Shown in pieces: positions 12,782-25,853 of a DNA stretch of 64,000 nt. Under the pieces are notes generated by a model. The model had not been told where the DNA came from. It saw only the letters and a list, made by a program, of their open reading frames with translations, and searched no databases. Position numbers and translations under genes: made by a program. Origin of the DNA: Octopus sinensis (taxonomy: Eukaryota); NCBI RefSeq assembly GCF_006345805.1, contig NC_043002.1:91884001-91948000 (forward strand), read 5' to 3'. The stretch's first letter is position 1, and each line of letters starts with the position of its first letter.

Positions 12782-13070
12782 AGGTGCAGGTGTGGCTCTG
12801 TGGTAAGAAGCTTACTTCCCAACCACATAGTTCGGGGTTCAGTCCTCTTGCGTAGCACCTTGGGCAAGTGTCTTCTATTATAGCCTCGGACTGACCAAAG
12901 CCTTATGAGTGGATTTGGAACTGATAGAAACTTATTGAAGCCCGTCGTATGTATGTATGTAAGTATGTGAGTGTGTGTGTGTGTGAAACACTAAAACACC
13001 CTTAAAAAGTCGGTGTTCTAGTATGGCTGCAGTCAAATGATTGAAACAAGTAAAAGAATAAAAGAATATA
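12782..13070 (+). mobile_element. SINE family B, internally deleted
   Basis: ggtgcaggtgtggctctgtggtaagaagctt head, accttgggcaagtgtcttct core, cagtcaaatgattgaaacaag tail. Confidence 0.85.
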
Positions 13071-13532
13071 GGGCATAGGGTGAGATAGGAAATATCAACC
13101 TTGCCAACTTGCCACAATATAAACCATTCACATATACAGTAGTATTCTTAATAACGTGAAATCGAAGAATATCTGAAATAGTGGATTTGTTCACATTCCT
13201 CGCTCGACTATCTAACGCGTCATAGTAAAGCTATCTCAGGCTTACCCGGGGCTACATTCCCTCAATTAAAACGTTTACCACGATATATTTTCAAGAAACC
13301 GTTCACCAATTGAATCACCTACTCTCTAGGCAACACCATTTAGTTTGCATGTGTATGTGTGAGTGTGTGTGTGCGAGTGTGTGTGTGTGTGCGCATGTGT
13401 ATGTATGTGTGTGTGGGGGTCTATGTGCGTATATGTGTATATGGGTGTAGACTTAAATATATATAGATATACATCGCCGATTTTGCAGACACTGGTGGAT
13501 TGGAACATTTTTGAATCGAATGGAATTACGAT

Positions 13533-13603
<71 letters not shown>

Positions 13604-14923
13604 TATATATATATATTTCGCAGATTTCAAACCAGCGCCTTTCATTCTTCCGACATCGATTACATAAAGTACCAGCCAATGGTACCTTATTCTCTCTGGC
13701 AGACACATCTTTGATGTGGATGTAGAGGCTGTCTATGCCTTCTCAACGACCGCATGGGACCACTTAAAATCCTCAGGAAACGGCATGATTCATGCTAACA
13801 CCGAGTCTGACTTGACTCGGCTGCAAGTGAAGGCCATAGATTCACAACCAGGACGTCTTAGATTCGATACACTACGTGATATCGCGCGCTTATGTAATAT
13901 TCTAAATACTCAGCTATTAATATTTAACAGAAACAATAGAGTGACTCAACGATGGAGAGTTTCACACGTTGGCACATACCAAACTTGATCATCATATACA
14001 TACACACACACACGCATATATATATACACACATGTATATATATATATCATACATATATATATATATATATTATATATATAAACGTATATATATATATATA
14101 TTATATATATATATATATTATATATATATTATATATATATATATATGTAAACACACACGTATATATATTATATATATATATATACACACGCGCACACAGG
14201 TATACATACATACATACATACATACACCCACGTGCATGCACACTACGCACACACGTACACTCTCGATCCAGCATCTCACACACTCGCATATGCAGTGCAG
14301 CACAGCAACTGTCAGATATGCACAAGAACCCACATCTGCGCAAACTACGCACACCTGCACGAGTACAACAAGTCACACGCGAACACGCACGCACACACAC
14401 ACACACACACAGACGTGCAAGCGCACATAAATATACACACGCACAAACACATATATATAACTACGCACAGTGGCAAACACACGTACACAGATAGATATAT
14501 TCCCATGCGACTGTGATTGATTTGTATCACTCAAATTTCCTACTCTTTTTAACCATTTCTATTTCTCTCTCCTTTCGTTTATCTCTCTCTCCACCCTCTC
14601 TCTCTCTTCCTGTATGCATCTCTCTCTCCCTCTCTCTTTATCTTTTTGACTTTTTTCTGTTTTCGACTTTCCAATTATTTGTATATCTCTCAATCTTTCA
14701 CTAACTATCTGTTTTTCAGTCTCTCTATCTTTCTCTCTCTCCCCTCTTTCACTCGTTTTAAATTTTGTCTATCACTCATTGTTTAACTCGATTTGTCTAT
14801 CTCTTTATCTGTCAGTCTGTCTGCCTGTCTGTTAGTCTCTCTCCTCACTATGTATATATATAATATTATATATGTATGTACATATATATATATATATATA
14901 TTATTATATTTATATATATTATG

Positions 14924-14977
<54 letters not shown>

Positions 14978-15137
14978 TATGTTGTATATATATATATATA
15001 TCTATATATATATATAATATATATATATAGGAATGTCCACTCGCCTAACATATATATACCTTGTTTATATATGTATGTATATATATGCATATGCGTGTGT
15101 TTGTGTGTGTGTGTATTTATGTTGTTATATGTATGTA

Positions 15138-15168
<31 letters not shown>

Positions 15169-15322
15169 ATATATATTATATATATATATATACATATGTA
15201 CATACATGCATATAAAGATACACGCACGCACGCTCACACACATATATCCAAATATTCTATGTATTTATATAGCTGTCCATCTGTGTTTATTTACACCTAT
15301 ATACAAGGACACAACGTACACT

Positions 15323-15397
<75 letters not shown>

Positions 15398-15647
15398 GTC
15401 TGTCTGTTTCCCTTTCTTTCTATTTTCCTACCTTTATCTTTTCTTTAATCTAGATCCAATATGTCTGTGTTCAGTAAACCAAGCATTAGATGACAACAAA
15501 CTGAATAGACGTAAACAATGCCTTTGCATTGCTTATTTATAGGACACCATGGCCGCCGTTCCGTGCCGTCTCTACCTCTCTCCACCACTCACTGCTTTTC
15601 TCATCTTCTCTTGCCGGTCATACATGATACATACATAAATGCATGCA

Positions 15648-15680
<33 letters not shown>

Positions 15681-15684
15681 TTTG

Positions 15685-15735
<51 letters not shown>

Positions 15736-15887
15736 CATATATACATACATGCATACATACATATATATTGCATATATATATATATATATATATATTATAT
15801 ACATATATATTGCATATATATACACATAATATATTATATATATATTATATTGATTTGTGTGTGTGTGTACATATATATTATACACAC

Positions 15888-15931
<44 letters not shown>

Positions 15932-16003
15932 CTATATATATATATGTATACACACATATATATATAATATGTGTATACACACACACACACACACATATAT
16001 ATT

Positions 16004-16057
<54 letters not shown>

Positions 16058-17029
16058 CGTTTCTAACTACCTCTAACTGTACTGTGTAATTTAAAATGTG
16101 CAGCGAGGAGTGTATATGATTCCTTTTGACAACAATCGATTTAGTTGTGTCTGTCTCTATCTTCTCTATCGGTGTCTTTCACTCTCCCTATTTATCATTC
16201 TCTCTCTCTCGCTCGCCCACTCCCTTAATCTCTCCTTCTCTCTATTGATCTGTTTGTCTCCATCTGTTCACCTCTCCGTCTGTATGTATGTATGTATGTA
16301 TGTATGTATGTATGTATGTATGTATGTATGTATATATGTATGTATGTATATATGTATGTTTGTATGTTTATCTGTATGTATGTATGTATGTTTGTATGTA
16401 TGTATGTATGTATGTATGTATGTGTGTATGTATATATATGTATGTATGTGTGTATGTATATATGTATGTGTGTATGTATATATGTATGTATGTATATATG
16501 TATGTATGTTGGTATGTTTATCTGTATTATGTATGTATGTATGTATGTATGTATGTATGTATGTATGTATGTATGTATGTATGCATGTGCGCAGGTATGC
16601 ATTTGTTTGTTTATGTGTCTGTTCGCGTACGCGACGTGTACCAGCAGTGATATCATTATATGTGTGTATCAGTATATTTTGACGAATGTATATGCAATTA
16701 TTCGTTGTGCGTAAATGCACTTATTATAATTTAAATAACTGGAATGTTTTACATATTTTCACAGTTCCATTAATCGCCAGTAATTGCAATTTCTTAATTT
16801 GTAATGTCTGGTTTTCTGAATCTCAGTTTCTTAAGATTAGTTGTAATGTAGTTAGTTATATATCCAACTGTATAAATAATTACAGATCGGGTTCAATCAC
16901 ACTGTGTGGCACCTTGGCTAATTGTCTTCTACTACTATAACCTCGGGTTGACCAAAACATTATGAGTGGATTTGGTAGGCGGAAACTGAAAGGTGCCTGT
17001 CGTGTATATATATATATACAAAACAATAA

Positions 17030-17715
17030 GAGAGAGTCCACCATGTGGTCACTCTAACGTTAGATATAGATCCGCAAAGGGAATCCACCACTAAAGAATT
17101 GTTCTCAAGAATTAATTTAACACGCCAAGAATGTAAACGAGCAGGACAAATGAAAAATAACGAAAAAATAGATTAACTCTATACAGTTGTTTCATCGTTA
17201 ATAGATTATGTAATTTTACTTACATAAGTATTTTCGAATCGTCAGTAGAGTACATCAGAAATATAATTTGTTGAACCGAGCGGCAAAATCCACACGAAGT
17301 TGAAAAGAGACGAACGGTACAGCCGATTATATTCGCAGTTACATTCAAATGCCCTCATTCTGGCGCGTTAAATCACCGGATGTAAATACTGCCCAAGTAA
17401 TTTACTGCCGGTTTGAGAACATATTAATTTATAGTTATATTGAATATTAATTAATAACATCAATTCAAAACCCCAAGTGGCCTAGCGTATAAAATACTGG
17501 AATACAGTAAAAATTATTAATACAAAACAAAAAGAGCGAGTCCACCATGTGGTCACTCTAACGCTATATATAGATCCGCAAAGGGAATCCACCACTAAAG
17601 AATTGTTCTCAAGAATTAATTTAACACGCCAAGAATGTAAACGAGCAGGACAAATACTTATGTAAGTAAAACTACATAATCTATTAACGACGAAACAATT
17701 GTATAGAGTTAATCT
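17030..17715 (-). mobile_element. PLE-type partial tandem pLTR with inverted tail and hammerhead
   Basis: Direct repeat 17030-17150 / 17532-17655; 17168-17231 is inverted at 17655-17715; HHR at 17177-17250. Confidence 0.75.
17177..17250 (-). ncRNA. Type I hammerhead ribozyme motif
   Basis: CTCTA CTGACGA TTCG...CGAT GAA ACAACTGT A TAGAG; 5-bp helix I; the inverted copy has CGAC GAA ACAATTGT A TAGAG. Confidence 0.7.
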
Positions 17716-19177
17716 AGTTCCACACAGAATTTTATGCATTAAATAAGAAATTCGACATTAAATTGGAAATTATTTACTTTACATACTAAATAACTAATAT
17801 ATTGATATTCGTAGCTGTAGTCTGGGTTGGTATTGTCCACCTTAGCTATCCAGAGGGTATTCCCTGATAATTCGTATAGACATTGTTAAATTACTGGTGT
17901 GTTAACAGTGTTTTGTTTAATTTTATTCTTTACTACAGGACATAGAGTCCTTGCCTCTATATGCAACATCTTCAGAGACAGAATGTTTAGGGCGTAAGCA
18001 AATCAAATAAACCAATTTGCATATATAACGCATTTTTAGCAGATATTGAATTTAATAAATTACTTTTGCCAAACAGCTACGATGACGTGGACATCGTCGA
18101 CTATCGTAATTATAATCATAATCATGTGGTTATGATCATGATAACGACCATTGTTAAGAAAAACATAAAAAGATGAAAGAAACAGCAAAAGGAAGAGTTA
18201 TGAAGTTCTTCTGTTTCAATGAATTCAATAATGTTATACCTGAATACCCGAACGTGACACTTGTACGCTGCTCCAGAGGTATGACCAGATATGCTTCAGC
18301 TGTTCTCGTATCCCTCACAAAATATTCATAGCCCTTCTTGTAAATGATTCTTTATTTATTGTACGATCTAAAGAAATATTGTTTTTAAACTAATGATAAA
18401 AAGTATGATATTTTAAGGTTCAAAGAACCTAACCCCATAATCAAGATTTAGATGGGAGAGGGACGAGAAAATATATTATATAACCTTTTGCCTATCAGAT
18501 ACCTATTGCTTCGGAAGTCCTAATTACACATTCTAATTATACTTATCCCTCATTAGACATCTGTAATTATAATTGCCTAATTACACATATGAAATTATAC
18601 ATGTTCTTAACTATCAATGTTTCTATGTTTCTAATTATATATCCATAATTAGATATGACACAATACGTAGTTTTCCCTACACATTCTTTAATTACATGTC
18701 GCTAATTTACACATTTATTCCCTACACATTCTTAATTGCACACTAATTACGAGCCTATAATTTTGCTATCAAAGAATTCAAAATGGCTGACTTATTAACC
18801 TGTTACAGCACTGAGTTCATGGGTTCGTGAGCTCCTATTTGCCGAAGAAGGTTTGTCTTTTTATTTCTGACCAGGACTTTTAATCCCACCTACCTTACTT
18901 AACATAATAGATATGATGCTAAAAGAGATTGTGTGGAAATGATACCTGTAATTCACTGGTGTTTTGTTTTTTTTTGTTTAATTTCGAGATTTGCCTAGAA
19001 TGTGGAGACCTATAACTAAAGTATTATAGATGTGTCAATCTTGTTCTTTGATTTGGTTCGCTTTTATTTTTATTTTTTTCGGAAATAGAAAACCTAGAAT
19101 TACATTATCTATTATAAGAGAACATTTTTTATGCCGGTAGGATGTAAGTTAAACGATATTTAGTTGTTATTTCTGAT

Positions 19178-19480
19178 TCTGTGGTCTCAGTGGTTAGAGT
19201 ATCGGGCTTATAATCATGAAGTAGTAAGTTCGACTCCCAGACTGGGCTATATCTTGTGTTCTTGAGCAAGACATTTTATTTCACGTTACTCCAGTTCACT
19301 CAGCTGTAGAAATGAGTTGCAACGTCACTAGTTCCAAGCTGTATTGGCCTTTGCCTTTCCCTTGGATAACATCGGTGGCGTGGAGAGAGGAGGCTGGTAT
19401 GCATAGACGACTGGTGGTCTTTCATAAACAACCTTGCCCGGACTTGTGCCCCGGAAGGGAACTTTCTAGGTGCAATCTAG
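19178..19480 (+). mobile_element. tRNA-derived SINE family C
   Basis: gtggtctcagtggttagag...gttcgactcc head followed by tgttcttgagcaagac...cactcagctgtagaaatgag domain. Confidence 0.8.
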
Positions 19481-20081
19481 GGGGTCTTTACCGTTTTTAC
19501 CTTTTACCATCTTTTGTTCAGACCCCAGCTCTCGATCGTTCGTGTAGGGGTTCCCTTGTATGCTGTCGGTTTTGCTATTTATTGATACATTTGAAGCCTG
19601 TGCAGATCTATTTTCGTCTTAGAAATTCTCAATTTCGCTCTGCTCAATCTAAAATGCATCATATTCTAATAAATCATCTTAGATGTGAATGCAATTTCCA
19701 CAAAAGACTAAGACCATTTTTTAAAGGTGGGAGCTTAGTGGGAAATAGAAGGGCAGCCCTCGTTGCTCTTTTTCTACACCCTCGGGGAGAGGAAGGGAAG
19801 CAGTTATCCTTATCCAAAGACAGGGTTCAGATATATGCAACAAAATTGACTCGGCCTAATATACACAAGAGTTACATGGCGACGATTGATCATACCATCC
19901 AGAAAACTCTTTCCCGTGAACAATATATCTCTCTCTCTCCCAAAATGAACACACGATATATATTGGATGACATAACCAGAAGTACACCATGTGCAAGAAG
20001 GAAGGATCACAGAATGTCATGAATCATACATATGCTTGACCAGTGATGAGGGAATGCTTTTGAAATTACAACAACAACGCG

Positions 20082-20113
<32 letters not shown>

Positions 20114-20668
20114 CAAATACATATACATATATATACACTAAATGCATAAGAAGAATCAGTTATTGTTGGAGAAGGAACACCTCAAAGCAGCTATCGCCGC
20201 CGTGTGTCTTCATTGTAATGTCTACAACACAGAAATAGACATTATGTACAAACTCAAAATAAATCGATGTTGCTTTCTCTACCTTCACATAGTATCTCTC
20301 TCTCCCTCTCTCTTCTCCCTCTCTCCCTCCCTCTCTCCTTCTCCCTCTTTCCTTCTCTCTCTCTCTCTCCTTCTCTACTTCTATCAATTGCCCGCTCTCT
20401 CCCGCTATAACCTCTTTCCTCACACACAGACAATTACACAAATTTGCACAAAGACATACACACACGGACGCACACACATACGCACACATACACACGCACA
20501 TGAATAAAAAGAGAGACAGAGATATTTATATATATATGAAAGTGTGTGTGTGCGTGCGTGTGTAAGTGTGTGTATGTGTGTGCGTATGTGTCTACATACA
20601 TACTAATTTTGTTGACATGCATACACATGTGTACTTGCAGTAATACATACATGAATATATAGATACAT

Positions 20669-20743
<75 letters not shown>

Positions 20744-20989
20744 GTACATATATATATATACATATATGTATATACATATATATATATATATACATATATA
20801 TATACATATATTTATATATATATGCATTCAAATATACGAACATCCAGGCATACATTAAATATATAAATACATGCATTTATGCATACATAAATACATACAC
20901 ACACAATTCCATACACATACGCATACTTACATACATACATACACACACACATACATGTATAAATACTTAAAGGCGCATTCATATATCAA

Positions 20990-21020
<31 letters not shown>

Positions 21021-21400
21021 AATAGCCAGAGTTACCATTATGCACTCATAAATTCCTGTACAAATCAATTGATCCCTCCAATCGAGTGACTCACCGAAAT
21101 GTTTGGCACTGTCTGGCCAGCTTCGTTCTATAAGTTCACACTATGAAGAATGGACCTGTCTGTTCTTTCTAGTGTGAACAGATTCCTATCTATAGACAAC
21201 AAAGAAAGGATATCGGCTTTCATAGATTGTTTTCTAATTGGTGCTATCTTAGAGGGCATCGTTCGATATTTTCGTCTGTGGAGAGAATAATTTTCAGTTT
21301 AACTGAAAATTATTCTCTCAACAAGCAAAATACATATACATCCATACAGATGAGAGAGGCAGCTATCCTTTCTGGCCGTTCAGTGGTAATGTATGTATTG

Positions 21401-21437
<37 letters not shown>

Positions 21438-21694
21438 GTGTGTGTGTGTGTATCATAGGTATACATATATGATATTATATACATTATAGCTGTATATAAA
21501 ATTATATAACATAGTATAAAATATAGTATAATATAATATGCAATACATGTGTGTATAAATATATATATATTTATACAACGCACATACACATATATACATA
21601 TACATACATACATGCATACATATATACATATATACTTATATATTTATACACACATACATATATATGTACATATATATATATATGTATATATACA

Positions 21695-22075
21695 TATATA
21701 TAATATATAAATATATGCATATATACATGCATATATGTACATACCTACAGATATATATGTATATATACATGCATATGCGAGTACAGGACATCGAAGAACG
21801 TTGAACACAATGAGAAACGAAAACATAAAAACAAAAACATAGAAACGAACTTTTTTTTGAACAACGAAATAAACAAACGGAGAAACGAGACATACAACTT
21901 AATAAATATTCCCCCTTCTTCAGTTGTGCCTGTTTCATCTACTCCATGTCACGAAGGCAAGGAGAAGACGCAACTTCGTCCTGTACCCATATATGCATGT
22001 ATATATACATATATATGTAGGTATGTACATATATATAAATATATATATGCATATATTTATATATCATTTATATTA
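21695..22075. repeat. Inverted repeat with about 95-bp arms around a repeat fragment related to 7.7-8.0 kb
   Basis: ...catgcatatgcgagtacagga (ends near 21790) vs tcctgtacccatatatgcatg... (starts near 21978). Confidence 0.75.
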
Positions 22076-22133
22076 TTATATGATCGAACACAACGCACCC
22101 TTTTCCGAGTAAGTTATATATATATATATATAT

Positions 22134-22169
<36 letters not shown>

Positions 22170-22199
22170 GTAAATGGATAAGTGAATTATCCTTTGTTT

Positions 22200-23160
<961 letters not shown>

Positions 23161-23183
23161 AATCAGACCACGTGTGTATATAT

Positions 23184-23231
<48 letters not shown>

Positions 23232-23296
23232 ATATTTCGGAATGGTCATATTGCCAGTTTAGCCAATAAAAAATCTTGCACAACAAATATTTAAAC

Positions 23297-23354
<58 letters not shown>

Positions 23355-23359
<5 letters not shown>

Positions 23360-25190
23360 GGAGTCAAACGCAGGTGTTATTCAAAACGTTTTTCTTCCGG
23401 CATATATTTCGAAGAAAATATCGATATTACTTCAAAATCTTTCTAACCGAAAATTACAAAGGTTGGTTAAATTTTTCCGAAACTTAGGCTTAAACATTAT
23501 TTTCGATGATGATATAACTAAAGCCAACTTTTGGGATATCACCCTTAACTTATATAATGATTCATATTTCTCTTACCATAAACTCTCAACTAATTAAAAA
23601 TATATTAGCTCTTTCGGTAGTCATTCAAAGGCTATTACAAGGAATTTAGTTAGAAATATTTCACTTAGACTTTCTAGATTATCTGCTAATGTTGATATCT
23701 TCAACGATAAAGCCGAATTTTATAACTCTGCGTCTCTTAAAGCAGGCTATAAAGAAAAAAATTACCTATATTAAGCCTTTTGACATTAATTTGACCTCTA
23801 TTAATCAGGACACGTCATAACGGTAATATAAATTTTAGTTCGAATAACTACACTAAATCGAAAAATGTAATTTTGCAGCGTAAGGGAGATAACCGTTCTT
23901 GTCATCCCTTTATACGTAATAAAAATAAGTCTCGGACTTTTAAAGATAATTACCCCAATAACAAGGTGTGTCCTAGCAAAACTGTTTGGTTGATAATTCC
24001 ATATGGTACGCAGATCAAATCCTACCTCCCTTACAAGTTTCGTGAATTTCATAAGAATTTCCAAAAATTTCGTAAGAATTTCCCAAAAAATTCAAGATAC
24101 TATTCCATTATCAATTCACGCCGAATTAGGATAGGGTTTTCAAGCACCAAAAACCTTTCACAAATCATCTCTTTGCATAACAATAAGTTGTTAAATACAA
24201 ATCCACTTAATGAAAATAATAACAACAATATTAATATATTTGATACAAATTCGAATCGTATTCGTTTCCTTAGCAGTAATTCTAAGACTAGAAACTCTGT
24301 TTATCAATGTAAAATTACTTCCGGTTCTGATGTCTTTTTTTACACAGCTAGTTCATCGTCTCAGTTATCGAAAAGAATATCTACTTCAAGACATATCAAT
24401 AAACGCAACAATACTGGGATTAGTAAATTAATTTGGTCTCTAAAGGAGTAAAATAAACAATTTGATTTGGAATGGAATATTCTGAAGGTTACTTCCTTCA
24501 CATATGATAAAATTTAAATCTTTTTGTCCGCTCTGTAACGAAAAACAATTTCTCATCCTTTTCTCAGAGAATACTCTTGCAAACACGTTTAAAGAACGCG
24601 TTATCGTTGTACACATTGGCAAAAACATACCTTTAGTTTATTTAAGAAATTTCTACCAATCTACAAAATTCGATCTTTAACTGTCTTCTTACATTTAATT
24701 TCCACTACATAAATCTATTTCCACGCTTTTAAGCTTTATTCCCGTTCATCTTTCACGCTATATTTCTCAACTCTTAATTTTCTGTTAAATTCTTTCTTTC
24801 TCTTCTTCTTTCTCTAAATTACCTTTGACGTTAAATCTATTAACGGTTTTTTTAGAAAATAACTTGCCAGCCTTCCCCTTCATCATATACGGGGTAATCA
24901 CACTCGATTAAAATGGTTTACTGATGTGTTTTGTTTCTCTTTTTTTTCCCTGATGAGAAGATTGCATTGTTTTACATCACTCTATTCCCTCCGGAATAAT
25001 ATCAATGTTTTCTTTGAAACATATGTTGGAAGTATAAAGATTTGAATAACACCTGCGTTTGACTCATTTTCTTAATTTATCTGTTATACAAAAACATTTC
25101 ACTTAACCCTGGAATTTCTACCTTTACAAGTAGACTGTAATATCTTTGGCACTTATGTAAATTTTTGCTACCCTGGTAAGTATTTATTTT
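23355..25190 (+). mobile_element. Penelope-like element, 3' part: RT thumb, C-terminal GIY-YIG endonuclease, pLTR
   Basis: NFWDITLNL, VYQCKIT...FFYTAS, NNTGISKLIWSLKE, CPLCNEK; stops and frameshifts; 23355-23430 is an inverted copy of 24995-25068. Confidence 0.85.
24946..25031 (+). ncRNA. Type I hammerhead ribozyme in the PLE 3' pLTR
   Basis: TTCC CTGATGA [GAAGATTGCATTG...CAATGTTTTCTTT] GAA ACATATGT T GGAA; full core, 4-bp helix I, palindromic helix III. Confidence 0.8.
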
Positions 25191-25250
25191 TTTCCCGTGT
25201 TATTTAACAATTGAAAAAAATACACATTCATTTATATACATATATATATA

Positions 25251-25293
<43 letters not shown>

Positions 25294-25310
25294 ATATATA
25301 TATCATAAGA

Positions 25311-25671
25311 CCAACTACTGAGTAGCGCCACTTGCTAGAAGAAGACGCCAATTGGCTCTAAAGCTACTCAGTAGTTGCGCTTATTAGAACCATATTTATG
25401 AAATTAAATAGTCTGTGTTGATTTTTACCTAAATGGTTTTTTTACATGCTAGCTTCTTGATGATATCCTATATAGATTTTATCCTGGGTTATAATGATAA
25501 ATATGAATTCACTTCTGCCAATTTATTCGCTGCTGAATTGTTTTAGTTATTCACAAGTGGCTGAAATGAATGATAGATTCTTTCGCTTTTAGCCTGTGTT
25601 TATGTGATAAACAAGGTAGTTTTAGACAATTTGGCGTCTACTTGTAGCATGTGGCGCTACTTAGCAGTTGA
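25311..25671. mobile_element. MITE-like element with about 40-bp TIRs
   Basis: caactactgagtagcgccacttgctagaagaagacgccaa vs ttggcgtctacttgtagcatgtggcgctacttagcagttg. Confidence 0.6.
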
Positions 25672-25814
25672 TTTTATTATCATTATAGTTATAAAATTAA
25701 ATACTTTGTATTAATTTTTACCTAAATGGTTTTTTCTTGCATGCTAGCTACTTGTTAAAATCCTATATAAATTTTATCTTTGAATATAATGATATGTATA
25801 CATACATACATACA

Positions 25815-25848
<34 letters not shown>

Positions 25849-25853
25849 GATAT

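Noticed and set aside
19312-20022. 236-aa plus-strand ORF
   Set aside because: It starts inside a SINE, has no recognisable domain and includes simple repeats; probably a chance open frame
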